The notes below the pieces were generated by a model. The model worked only from the letters and a program-made list of their open reading frames with translations. It had not been told where the DNA came from and did not search any database. Position numbers and translations under genes: made by a program. A DNA stretch of 64,000 nucleotides from an uncultured bacterium (GTDB lineage Bacteria; Cyanobacteriota; Vampirovibrionia; Gastranaerophilales; Gastranaerophilaceae), in NCBI GenBank assembly GCA_902489575.1, contig CABUAQ010000001.1, positions 146-64,145 of the forward strand, read 5' to 3'. Numbering within the stretch: position 1 is the first letter of the stretch; every line of letters begins with the position of its first letter. This document shows, piece by piece, positions 19,028 through 28,335 of this stretch.

Positions 19028-20710
19028 TTACACCTCTTTTACTAAATTAAGAGTAACTGTTGCACAAAAACCAAATTCGTTATCTGAAGACAAGACTATA
19101 GTTCCATCCATTGCTTCAATTAATCCTTTTACAATAAATAAACCAAGACCGCTGCCACGAGTGGTTCTTGTCATATTATCATCAAGACGAACAAATTTCT
19201 CAAAAAGATTTTTTAATTTATTTTCAGGAATTCTGTCACATTTGTTTTTAACTTTAATTACAGCTTTATTGCGGTGTTTTTTGACACAAATCCAAATAGG
19301 ACTTTCAGGGTATGCATACTTGACCGCATTTTCGAACAGGTTGACAAATACCTGCTCTAATCTGCCTTTATCCGCAATTACCAGAGGAAAATCTTCAGGC
19401 ATATCTATAACAATTTCATGCCCGTCATGCTTTCTCAAAAGAAGCTCAGCCTGATCTAAAACTTCATCTAGCCTAACCGGTGAATTTTCTGCCCGAAGGC
19501 GCATGCCTTCAATATCCGGAATCGTAAGCAAATCCTCAATCAGCCTTTTTAGCCTTTCTGACTGCTCTTTAATAATTCTTAAAGATTTTTGCTTGGTTTC
19601 TTCATCAATAACAATATCCTGACGCATAAGCCTTGAAGTATATCCCTGAATACTTGTTAACGGGGTTCTTAATTCGTGGCTCACCGTATCTAAAAGGTTC
19701 GAACGAAACTCGTTTAACTGCTTTAATTCTACGTTCTTACGCTTCAATTCAAGATAGGACTTGTGAATTTCTGATGCCATATTATTAAACTCATTCGCCA
19801 GAAACACAACTTCAAACGGAGTAAAGGATGTTGTTAAAAGCCTTATTTGTCGTTGATAATTTCCCTTTGACAGTGCTATTACCGCTTTAAACAACTGTCT
19901 TATATTTATATACAAATAATAAATATAAAATCCGATTAAAAGCATCATAGACAAAATTGCAGTCAATACAGACAAAATAATTTTAACTCTGTTATCAATA
20001 ATTGCATGTTTTGTAATATTTTCCGTAGTATTGACAATTACCGTTAAATCAGGATTACTACGGCGCAAATAAACAATCGGACGATTTTTTTCATCCCCGA
20101 AAATTACGGGTGCCTCAACAGTCATATCGGAAGGAAGCAAATCTAAAGTTTCTTTGAACTCATCAGGTGTAAAATTATGTGACGAAATTAACCTGTTATT
20201 AGCATCAATTATATAAATTTGTCTGTTGTCATTTTCTAATGATTTAAATAATTGATTATCCCAATTATTCGCATTGAAAATGATGACCAAAAAAGAACCG
20301 TCTTTCATCTGAGTGGATAAAATTGGTTTTTCATTAATATGAGCATCATCAGTTACTTGTTCAAGTTCTTGCGGATTTCTTACAATAATAATATCTTCAC
20401 AATTAGGATACTTTGCAGCAACTTCTTTTATGAACTTCACCTTTAATGCTTTTGACGGCAGATATTCAAGAGTATCAGCGATCTGTGCCAATGTAGTTTC
20501 GTTAGTCTTCAGGAAGAAATCAATTTCATCAGAGACCATACTGGCAACCAATATTGCAGATTCCCTTAGCTGATGCCGCACAGATTGTTGGTTAATATTA
20601 TTTATAATAAATCCGCTTATTGACATAGGAATCACGACCGCAATAAAAAATACTATTGCAATCTGCTCAATAATTTTTAATTTTTTCAATCCGTAACTGT
20701 ACTTTTTCAT
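19028..20710 (-). CDS. Sensor histidine kinase (two TM segments, periplasmic domain, HAMP, HisKA, HATPase_c)
   Basis: H-box 'SHELRTPLTSIQGY', N-box 'NLFENAVKY', G-box 'GSGLGLFIVKG'. Adjacent to its response regulator. Confidence 0.9.
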   Translation of the reverse strand: MKKYSYGLKKLKIIEQIAIVFFIAVVIPMSISGFIINNINQQSVRHQLRESAILVASMVSDEIDFFLKTNETTLAQIADTLEYLPSKALKVKFIKEVAAKYPNCEDIIIVRNPQELEQVTDDAHINEKPILSTQMKDGSFLVIIFNANNWDNQLFKSLENDNRQIYIIDANNRLISSHNFTPDEFKETLDLLPSDMTVEAPVIFGDEKNRPIVYLRRSNPDLTVIVNTTENITKHAIIDNRVKIILSVLTAILSMMLLIGFYIYYLYINIRQLFKAVIALSKGNYQRQIRLLTTSFTPFEVVFLANEFNNMASEIHKSYLELKRKNVELKQLNEFRSNLLDTVSHELRTPLTSIQGYTSRLMRQDIVIDEETKQKSLRIIKEQSERLKRLIEDLLTIPDIEGMRLRAENSPVRLDEVLDQAELLLRKHDGHEIVIDMPEDFPLVIADKGRLEQVFVNLFENAVKYAYPESPIWICVKKHRNKAVIKVKNKCDRIPENKLKNLFEKFVRLDDNMTRTTRGSGLGLFIVKGLIEAMDGTIVLSSDNEFGFCATVTLNLVKEV

Positions 20711-20712
20711 AA

Positions 20713-21432
20713 CTACTCTTGAGCAAACGGGGTTAGTTTGTAACCTACGTTTGTAACTGTATGAAGATATTTTGGAGCCTTTGCATTGGTTTCAATTTTA
20801 TTCCGCAACCCACCAACATGAACCCTGAGCATTCTTACATCTTCATTACTGTCATACCCCCAAACTTCGTCCAGCAAAGTTGCAAGAGTTACAGGATGAT
20901 TAAAATGCTGCATAAGACAATATAAAATTTCAAACTCTGTAGGAGTTAATTTTACCCTGCGATTGACCATAATACATTCTAAAGATTCCGGAAATATTTC
21001 AATATCACCACATTTTAAAATCTCATTTGATAATGCTGATTCACTTTCAAGATTAACAACATTACGTCTTAATAAAACTCGAATTCTTAACAACACTTCC
21101 TGTATATCAAAAGGTTTGACAAGATAATCATCAGCCCCGCAGTCAAATCCTGAAGTTTTATCATCAATAGTACCCTTAGCAGTCAGCATCAACACCGGAA
21201 CAGCAAGCTTTGCCTGTCTGATATTTTTACAAACCTCAAACCCGTTCATTTTAGGCATCATAACATCAAGTAAAATTAAATCATATGTATTATTTAAAGC
21301 CTTATTCAAACCTTCTAATCCATTTGACGCCGTGTCGACAAAATAGCCGCTGCTCCGAATATCAAATTCTAACAGCTCCCTTATTTCATCATCATCATCT
21401 ACTATTAAAATTCTTTTCTGCACTTCAGACAT
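20713..21432 (-). CDS. OmpR/PhoB-family response regulator
   Basis: 'RILIVDDDDEIRELL', 'LILLDVMMPKMNGFE', winged-helix 'LTPTEFEILYCLM...VHVGGLRNKIE'. Start set at ATG 21432, which has a GGAG SD; the track start is upstream. Confidence 0.9.
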   Translation of the reverse strand: MSEVQKRILIVDDDDEIRELLEFDIRSSGYFVDTASNGLEGLNKALNNTYDLILLDVMMPKMNGFEVCKNIRQAKLAVPVLMLTAKGTIDDKTSGFDCGADDYLVKPFDIQEVLLRIRVLLRRNVVNLESESALSNEILKCGDIEIFPESLECIMVNRRVKLTPTEFEILYCLMQHFNHPVTLATLLDEVWGYDSNEDVRMLRVHVGGLRNKIETNAKAPKYLHTVTNVGYKLTPFAQE

Positions 21433-21522
21433 AAAAACTCCATTTATATGTAAAACTATTGTACAAAACAACTGCTGATTTTGCAACAAAATCAGCAGTT
21501 AATATTATAAATTTGTAAAAAA

Positions 21523-22002
21523 TTAAATCCCTACAACAAAAGCGTGGAACAAATATGCAAAACAAATCCCAAAAATTGCACCTACAAACACCTCAAGCGG
21601 AGTATGCCCCAAAAGTTCCTTTAATTTCCCGCCTACAGACTGCAAATCGTGGTGATAAAAATCTTCCATCATTTTATTTAAACAAGCAGCGGTTTTTCCT
21701 GCAGCACGCCTTAAACCTGCCGCATCATACATAATAATTAACGAAAAACCTAAAGCTGTTGCAAAAAGATAAGAATCATATCCTTGTAAAATTCCAATCA
21801 TAGTCGATAGCGCCATAACTCCCGCAGAATGAGAACTAGGCATGCCCCCTGTAGTTGAAAATATTTTAAAATTAACTTTTTTATTTTTTATTGTAAACAG
21901 TACAAACTTAATAACCTGCGCAAAAAAAGCTGATGCAACTGCACAAGCTATAACTTCATACCCGTTATTTGCAATAGTGGACCTCATTAGATCTAAAAAC
22001 AT
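21523..22002 (-). CDS. DUF212 (divergent PAP2 / acid-phosphatase-related) membrane protein
   Basis: 'TGGMPSSHSA' and 'YDAAGLRRAAG' are hallmarks of this family. 159 aa. Confidence 0.8.
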   Translation of the reverse strand: MFLDLMRSTIANNGYEVIACAVASAFFAQVIKFVLFTIKNKKVNFKIFSTTGGMPSSHSAGVMALSTMIGILQGYDSYLFATALGFSLIIMYDAAGLRRAAGKTAACLNKMMEDFYHHDLQSVGGKLKELLGHTPLEVFVGAIFGICFAYLFHAFVVGI

Positions 22003-22901
22003 TAAATACCTGCTCTCTTATTTATTTTCTCAATCATATCCTGAAACACTTCTGATACGATATTGTGTTCATTCATTATATCATAGCATTTTTTAAATAG
22101 GCAAGAAAGTTTACATTTTGATTCTTCCAAGCCATATAATGAAACATATGTCAACTTACCTTCTTGTTTATCTTTACCAAGAGTTTTACCCATCTCTTCA
22201 AAAGTTGACACTTCGTCCAAAATGTCGTCCGCAATCTGGAATGCAAGCCCGAATGTTTGTGCAAATTCAGTTACAGTTTCAAGTTTCTCATCATCCACAC
22301 CTGCAATGATAGCACCTGTTCTCATTGCAAGCTGAAACAAGTCTGAAGTTTTATGTATATGTAAATATTCTAATATTTTAGAAAGTTTTTCTCTATTATT
22401 TTCAAAATCAACTTTACTATATTTCCCTTCAGACTCAATATCTACAACCTGACCTGAAATAACCCCGTAAGCACCTGCGAAATAGAAATATTCATTTAAT
22501 ACCCTTATAAGAACCGAAGGTGAAAGATTTTCAGAGTGTTTTGTGATAACAGAAGGTGCATAAGTTAGTAAAGCATCTCCTGCTAAAGTCGCAATAGCTT
22601 CCCCAAACACCTTGTGATTTGATGGTTTTCCACGTCTATAATCATCATTATCCATACATGGCAGATCGTCGTGAATTAAAGTTTGAGCATGCAGCATTTC
22701 AATTGCACAAGCTGTAGGCATCGCATCCTCTATTTCTCCGCCAAATATACGGCAGGTTTCAAGGCATAAGATGGGGCGAAGCCTTTTCCCGGGAAGGTTT
22801 ACTGTATATTTCATAGCTTTAAAAATCGCTTCCGGATATTCTATTTGTATGTACTCATTTAATTTGCTGTTTACCAGTTCAATATAATCATTCATCTGCA
22901 T
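22002..22901 (-). CDS. Polyprenyl (farnesyl/geranylgeranyl) diphosphate synthase
   Basis: FARM 'LIHDDLPCMDNDDYRRGKP' and SARM 'FQIADDILD'. 299 aa. Confidence 0.9.
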   Translation of the reverse strand: MQMNDYIELVNSKLNEYIQIEYPEAIFKAMKYTVNLPGKRLRPILCLETCRIFGGEIEDAMPTACAIEMLHAQTLIHDDLPCMDNDDYRRGKPSNHKVFGEAIATLAGDALLTYAPSVITKHSENLSPSVLIRVLNEYFYFAGAYGVISGQVVDIESEGKYSKVDFENNREKLSKILEYLHIHKTSDLFQLAMRTGAIIAGVDDEKLETVTEFAQTFGLAFQIADDILDEVSTFEEMGKTLGKDKQEGKLTYVSLYGLEESKCKLSCLFKKCYDIMNEHNIVSEVFQDMIEKINKRAGI

Positions 22902-23883
22902 TTTCTATTTCCTTATAAATCATTTGTTTTTGTGTATTACGAGAAGCTTTGCGCTTTTTATCACTTATTTTTACCTGAACCTTATTATTCTTAAACTTTT
23001 GAGAAGTTTCTTTCTTTACTCCGTTATACTTAACCTTTTGCTTGTATTCTAAAGCCTCTGCAATAAATTCAACATAGCTTTCATAGCGGGTAGCATCGAT
23101 ATTTTCAATGTGCTCTAATACCGCACAGCCGTCTTCATTGATGTGGAGGCAGTCACTGTATTTACAAAATTCACGATATTTCAGCATTTCGTCAAACAGT
23201 AAATCAACATTAGACGGAAGTATAAAATCAAACCTGACATTGCTGAATCCCGGAGTATCAACAACAGCCGAATCTGCGTCCAGCGGAATAATTTCACAAT
23301 GACGTGTTGTATGAGTACCTCGATTAAGTTTTTCGCTGACTTCTTTTGTCCGGAGGTGTACATTCGGATTTAATGCATTTATAAGACTGGATTTACCCAC
23401 CCCTGAATTTCCGCAAAGCGCTGAAACTTTTCCGTACAAAAGTTTTCGGAATCCCTCTAATCCCCTCTTTTCCAATGCTGAAGTAAATACAATATTATAA
23501 TCCAAACTGCCGTATACAGATAAAATTTTATCCTGAGCTTCTGTGTCTAAACCTAAATCTTCCTTATTAAAACACAATACCACCGGGATTTTATAATATT
23601 TTGCAAGAGAAATATAGCGGTTTAATTGATGAAAATCCAAATCAGGATGTTTTAGAGCCGATACAACAACAATTTGATCAACATTAGCTACAGCAGGACG
23701 GGGAATAAAACTTTTTTTAGGTAAGATTTTTGTAATAACTCCTCCATCAAATTCAACAAAATCACCCACAACAATTTTTACTTTTTGTTTTTTTAAAATT
23801 TCACGGATTTTACATTCAAAAGTTTGACCATCTTTTTGAACATAATAAAAATCCGAATGAATTTTGTAAATTTGCCCTTCCAT
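22888..23883 (-). CDS. rsgA: Ribosome small-subunit-dependent GTPase A
   Basis: Circularly permuted GTPase: 'NKEDL' precedes 'GNSGVGKSSLINAL'. C-terminal zinc cluster 'CKYSDCLHINEDGCAV'. Confidence 0.9.
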   Translation of the reverse strand: MEGQIYKIHSDFYYVQKDGQTFECKIREILKKQKVKIVVGDFVEFDGGVITKILPKKSFIPRPAVANVDQIVVVSALKHPDLDFHQLNRYISLAKYYKIPVVLCFNKEDLGLDTEAQDKILSVYGSLDYNIVFTSALEKRGLEGFRKLLYGKVSALCGNSGVGKSSLINALNPNVHLRTKEVSEKLNRGTHTTRHCEIIPLDADSAVVDTPGFSNVRFDFILPSNVDLLFDEMLKYREFCKYSDCLHINEDGCAVLEHIENIDATRYESYVEFIAEALEYKQKVKYNGVKKETSQKFKNNKVQVKISDKKRKASRNTQKQMIYKEIENADE

Positions 23884-23947
23884 AAATGGTAGTCTACTAA
23901 AAATAGATTATCTTTGCAAATAACCAGGCAAATGATATAATAAGATC

Positions 23948-24688
23948 ATGATTACAAAAGCAAAACTTGATGAGCTTGCAGCCAAATATGAAACCATAGA
24001 TTTTATAAAAGATGATCCGGTAAGGTTCCCAAGCCGTTTCACAACTAAAAAAGATATAGAAATCGCAGGATTTATCTCTTCATTGGTTGCCTACGGCAGA
24101 AGGGATATTTTTACAAAAAAGCTTGATGAATTATTTAATATTGCCCAAAATGAACCCCTGAACTTTATCCAAAATTTTGAACCTGAAATTCTTAGGAATT
24201 TCAACTATAGATTTGGCAAACCTGAAGATTTTACACAGATTTTTTTAATATTAAAAGATCTCTACTCAAAAAACAGCAGTCTTGAAGAACTTTTTAAATA
24301 CGGTTATGAGAACCCTGTAAAGGAAAATATGTTTATACCTGTAAGCGATTATTTTTATTCACGGGCAAAAGATGCAGGACAGGGATTTTATTTTATGATA
24401 CCCGACCCTAAAAAAGGCGGTGCAATGAAGCGAATGTGTATGTTTCTTCGCTGGATGGTAAGGAAAGGTCCTGTAGATTTCGGCATTTGGGATTTTATGC
24501 CGGCGTCTGATTTATATATTCCGCTTGATGTTCATGTCGCAAGAATTTCCAGAGAAATGGGACTGCTTACCCGTAATGCAAACGATTTTAAGTCCGTAAA
24601 AGAACTAACAAATAACTTGAAAAATTTCGACCCGAAAGATCCTATAAAATATGATTTTGCAATGTTTGGATATAGCGTTTCCAAATAA
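23948..24688 (+). CDS. TIGR02757/DUF2400-family protein
   Basis: 246 aa. 'DPVRFPSRF...EIAGFISSLVAYGRRDIF' and 'IPLDVHVARISREMGLL' resemble this family. Recognition is from memory only. Confidence 0.55.
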   Translation: MITKAKLDELAAKYETIDFIKDDPVRFPSRFTTKKDIEIAGFISSLVAYGRRDIFTKKLDELFNIAQNEPLNFIQNFEPEILRNFNYRFGKPEDFTQIFLILKDLYSKNSSLEELFKYGYENPVKENMFIPVSDYFYSRAKDAGQGFYFMIPDPKKGGAMKRMCMFLRWMVRKGPVDFGIWDFMPASDLYIPLDVHVARISREMGLLTRNANDFKSVKELTNNLKNFDPKDPIKYDFAMFGYSVSK

Positions 24689-24713
24689 AAAGCCGCTTAA
24701 AACATCAAGCGGC
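24683..24713 (-). terminator. Terminator after the coiled-coil protein gene
   Basis: Stem GCCGCTT (24692-24698) / AAGCGGC (24707-24713), followed on the minus strand by TTTTTATTT. Overlaps the stop of the convergent + gene. Confidence 0.6.
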
Positions 24714-24762
24714 AAGGAAAAGTTACGAAAATTAATTGTAGGGGAATTATAAAATGTTCGTT

Positions 24763-26229
24763 TTATGCGTTAAAAATATTAAAGGATTTTTCTACGTTAT
24801 TACTAATTACTTTTTTTACAGACTCATATTCTGTTTGTAATGCGTTATGCTCTGATTCAAGTTTGTTTAATTGGAGGTCAAATTGTTTATCCTGACTTTC
24901 AATTTTATCCATTTGAGATTGATAAACTTGTTCTGCAACAACCATAGCTGCGGAATCCTCTTGTTCTGTAATAGATTCATCACTATCAATAGTTGTCCCG
25001 ACAAAAGCTTTATCTACTGTTGAATAATATGATAATGTTAAAGCTCCGGATTTTAATTGTTTTACAAACCATTCAGTATCTTTAAAGTTTGTTTCATTAT
25101 CAGTTGTTGTATAACCGCAAGAACTCATCTGATTAAAGATATTACGGTAATAAGTAACCATCTCTGCATCATATTTCAGAGTTTGAGAACTTCCTGAAAC
25201 AGAGTTATTGTAATAAGCTTCTGTAATTGCAACAGCATAATCATATAATTCTCTTTGAGAAGCATTTGTACCTTCATAATTCAAGGCTTGAGACTGCTTA
25301 GTTACATCATAAACAACCCCGCCTTCATCAACATAAGAATTGTCAGACTGCCAGATTAAATAGTTTTTCTGCTCATCACTGATTAAAGCATCTCCATTTG
25401 CATCAGTATCAGCATATAAAACATCATATTCCAAAGCTTCTTCAGAACCTTCCGGTTTAAAAAGAAACTTACCGGTTTCTGCATTATATGTAACATCATC
25501 AACAACTGTCCAATCATTGGTACCCTGCTGAGAAGCATTTTGATACCCGACAACAGTTTCAATTTTACCTGTAGCAGGATCCTCAACGTTTCTTGCTTCC
25601 AAAACATATCTGTTCTTATAATAACCCTGACTGTCTTTATCAAGATTGATTACCTGTCCGTCTTCGGTTGATGTGTAAGCGGTATTGTATGTAACATAAC
25701 CGTCAAAAGACTCTTTGCTGAATGCAGTATAATCAAAACCTAAAATATGCTGTCCATCCATATCATAAATACTTTTCCCGACTGATGATAAATATTTATC
25801 CCAGGCTTCGTGGATAGCTTCTTCAGATTTTGAATATTCATTTACGTTAATATCAGATTGAGTATAACCCAAATCTCTTAAAAGTTTATTAAAATCACCG
25901 TTATTTTTCTGATAGGCATTAGCAATCTGAGAACTTACCAAAACTTTACCGCTGTTATCCTTTACAAGGTACTGTTTACCTGAAGCAACAGAATTACATC
26001 CTGTTAATTGATTGTATGTTAAATCAGCATATGTTGCTTCCGTATTATTATAACCTGTAAGAACCTGATATTTTGTTTTTGCAAGAGCATCTAAATAAGC
26101 ATCATTTATTTGTTCTGAATTATCAGACAGACGCTGCTTTGAATAAGCTAAAGATTGCTGCTCCATTTCATTGTTAGAAAGTCTAGCAGTAATACTTAAC
26201 AATCTGGCTTGTGATGCTGCCATACCCAT
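24763..26229 (-). CDS. Uncharacterised protein with helical/coiled-coil termini and a variable central domain
   Basis: Start set at ATG 26229 (MGMAASQARLLSITARLSNNEMEQQS...); the track start is a TTG 21 nt upstream. C-terminal heptad-like 'QMDKIESQDKQFDLQLNKLESEHNALQTEYESVKKVISNNVEKSF'. No signal peptide or TM segment. Confidence 0.7.
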   Translation of the reverse strand: MGMAASQARLLSITARLSNNEMEQQSLAYSKQRLSDNSEQINDAYLDALAKTKYQVLTGYNNTEATYADLTYNQLTGCNSVASGKQYLVKDNSGKVLVSSQIANAYQKNNGDFNKLLRDLGYTQSDINVNEYSKSEEAIHEAWDKYLSSVGKSIYDMDGQHILGFDYTAFSKESFDGYVTYNTAYTSTEDGQVINLDKDSQGYYKNRYVLEARNVEDPATGKIETVVGYQNASQQGTNDWTVVDDVTYNAETGKFLFKPEGSEEALEYDVLYADTDANGDALISDEQKNYLIWQSDNSYVDEGGVVYDVTKQSQALNYEGTNASQRELYDYAVAITEAYYNNSVSGSSQTLKYDAEMVTYYRNIFNQMSSCGYTTTDNETNFKDTEWFVKQLKSGALTLSYYSTVDKAFVGTTIDSDESITEQEDSAAMVVAEQVYQSQMDKIESQDKQFDLQLNKLESEHNALQTEYESVKKVISNNVEKSFNIFNA

Positions 26230-26316
26230 AATATTAACAGTTCCTTTCAATAATTTTCGTATTCTTATTTATGATTACGGCTTAATTATTATGAAACTTT
26301 AGTTCTCGCCGGCTAA

Positions 26317-26338
26317 TTGTTACAAATTTGTTACAAAT
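26317..26338. repeat. Perfect tandem direct repeat, 2 x 11 bp (TTGTTACAAAT)
   Basis: Direct read 'aa TTGTTACAAAT TTGTTACAAAT at', in the 106-nt gap upstream of the 24763..26229 gene. Confidence 0.9.
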
Positions 26339-26356
26339 ATAAACTATAAATTATTT

Positions 26357-28228
26357 TTAAAGAACCTCAATATTGTTTTCGGCAAAATACAGTCGGAAAA
26401 AGAAACAAGCTACATGCTGTATAGAATCGACTCTTACCCACTGGCGGGTAGCCTTGAAGCGAATTGCGCCTTTAGATTTTTGAGGGTTTTTGTGAGCATA
26501 TGTATTTTTATCAGAGTTATATAAAATCATTTGCGATTTTGCAGTCTTTCTGCAAGTATCCAATATTTGTTCTGCAAGTTCTGTCATTTCGAGATTTTTT
26601 GCAAGATAGTATGCTGCAATTAACCCCTCAGAACGTGAGCCGTCAGGATAAAAATGATCACCATAATTGTAATAATATCCGCCTTCATAATCAATATACG
26701 GGGAATCATCCTTTTGATACGTTTTTTCAATCATTACTTTAGCATCATTGAATACAAAATTTATAAGATTATCTTTTCTAAATTCAGGATTTTTAACCCA
26801 TTCTTCTATTGCCTGCATAAGCCAGGCATCAGAAGGAAGTGCCGTGAATAAATCCGAATATAATTTTGGTCGTTCATCAACAATCCAATCCAGTGCAATC
26901 TTACATTTTCCAATAACCTGAGAACGCAGCAACTCATCATCTTGAAACTGGTTGACAAAAAGCCCTAAACCCAGCAAAGCTTCTCCCGGATAATAAAAAG
27001 AAAATGTAGCTCTGCGTTCAGATCCACCTAAGTCTACAAGAGGTTCTCCGTCATTATAAAGCGGATGGATATAATACCCAAGCATTTCACCTGTTTTATG
27101 AATTCTTGATAAAAGATGTCTTGTATATTTTTTTATATAGTCATCATAAGATTTATCACCCGTTTGAGTCCGGTACTTCATCATAGCAATCAATATCATG
27201 CCGGTTCCGCCAAGCTTAGCCTTCTTATTATAAAAAACATATGCTCCAACTTGCCCGTCAATATTATGTTCTCTGGTAATTGAAGTAATAAAATCAATAC
27301 CTCTTTTGGCAGAAATTATATATTTTTCATCGCCTGACAACTGATATGCCCTTATAAGAGTAATAATCCCGCCGCAGTGTCGCAAATCATTATAATATAA
27401 ATCATTTTCATGAGCATTCGGGTGTTCATGATCTTTATAATTATCCTCCTTGGCATCATAGTAATACAAATACCTGCCATCTGCTTTTTGATATTTTACA
27501 ATCCAATCAGCACCGTTCAATGCCATTGTCTTAATAACTTCAGGCGAATATTCATATAAAACATTGCCCCGGTACAAAGGTAAAACCGAATCCTGATAAG
27601 TTATAAATGCATGACTTTTTATAATGTATAAGTCATACATAGCCTGTTTTAATATACTTATACGTTCAGAAATTTTATTGGTTATATTTTTAATATGAGT
27701 TTTTCTAAGAATAGTGTTTAACGCAGATTTTAAATCCATCTGGCTCAGTACCCAGGCATCTGTCGGAGTGTAAATATAAGGAACGCCATTTAATACCAAC
27801 TTTAAACCGCTTACACCGGGTTCAAATCTATATTCACTAAATTCTGAGTATTTTATATCTTCAAGCTTGACAGGAATTTGTTCTGTTATAATCTCAATCA
27901 TAATCCTACATTTACTCATATTGCCTGTCTCAAAATCTTTAAATGAAGGATAAGCTTTAATTTTTTCAATATTTCGGTTTATGGTCTGCACGAATGTTTT
28001 CCGGCAAGAGCCCCATCTAATCGGTTTTAAACCCTCCTGAAAAAGAGTTATATAAACATAAGTATAACTTGCGTCATACCTTATAAACTCCTCAATATTT
28101 ATTCCTGACAAATCAATATTATCATCTCCTGCCAGAGCCGCTCTTATTCGCAACAACAGCTCGTTTACCTGTGAAAAATCTTTGCAGTAATACTCTTTTT
28201 CTATTTCATTTTCTTTTGAATAATCCAT
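26357..28228 (-). CDS. Large hypothetical protein (C-terminal half possibly alpha/alpha-toroid-like)
   Basis: 623-aa uninterrupted ORF with no shadow competitor. No TM or signal peptide. Helix-repeat-like C-terminal half rich in Y/W/D. No confident family call. Confidence 0.6.
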   Translation of the reverse strand: MDYSKENEIEKEYYCKDFSQVNELLLRIRAALAGDDNIDLSGINIEEFIRYDASYTYVYITLFQEGLKPIRWGSCRKTFVQTINRNIEKIKAYPSFKDFETGNMSKCRIMIEIITEQIPVKLEDIKYSEFSEYRFEPGVSGLKLVLNGVPYIYTPTDAWVLSQMDLKSALNTILRKTHIKNITNKISERISILKQAMYDLYIIKSHAFITYQDSVLPLYRGNVLYEYSPEVIKTMALNGADWIVKYQKADGRYLYYYDAKEDNYKDHEHPNAHENDLYYNDLRHCGGIITLIRAYQLSGDEKYIISAKRGIDFITSITREHNIDGQVGAYVFYNKKAKLGGTGMILIAMMKYRTQTGDKSYDDYIKKYTRHLLSRIHKTGEMLGYYIHPLYNDGEPLVDLGGSERRATFSFYYPGEALLGLGLFVNQFQDDELLRSQVIGKCKIALDWIVDERPKLYSDLFTALPSDAWLMQAIEEWVKNPEFRKDNLINFVFNDAKVMIEKTYQKDDSPYIDYEGGYYYNYGDHFYPDGSRSEGLIAAYYLAKNLEMTELAEQILDTCRKTAKSQMILYNSDKNTYAHKNPQKSKGAIRFKATRQWVRVDSIQHVACFFFRLYFAENNIEVL

Positions 28229-28335
28229 AGGTTACATTCTACATATAAATTTTACGCAAGTCAGAAATATTAAAAAACGTAACAATTTTGCTTGATATAA
28301 AACTATATGCTAATTTGTAGATGAAAGGATAGGTT

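Noticed and set aside
18885-19454. 189-aa + strand ORF spanning the tadA / histidine kinase junction
   Set aside because: Antisense to two well-supported genes (CDA zinc motifs; HATPase G-box). The sequence is S/F/L/R-rich nonsense with no start context.
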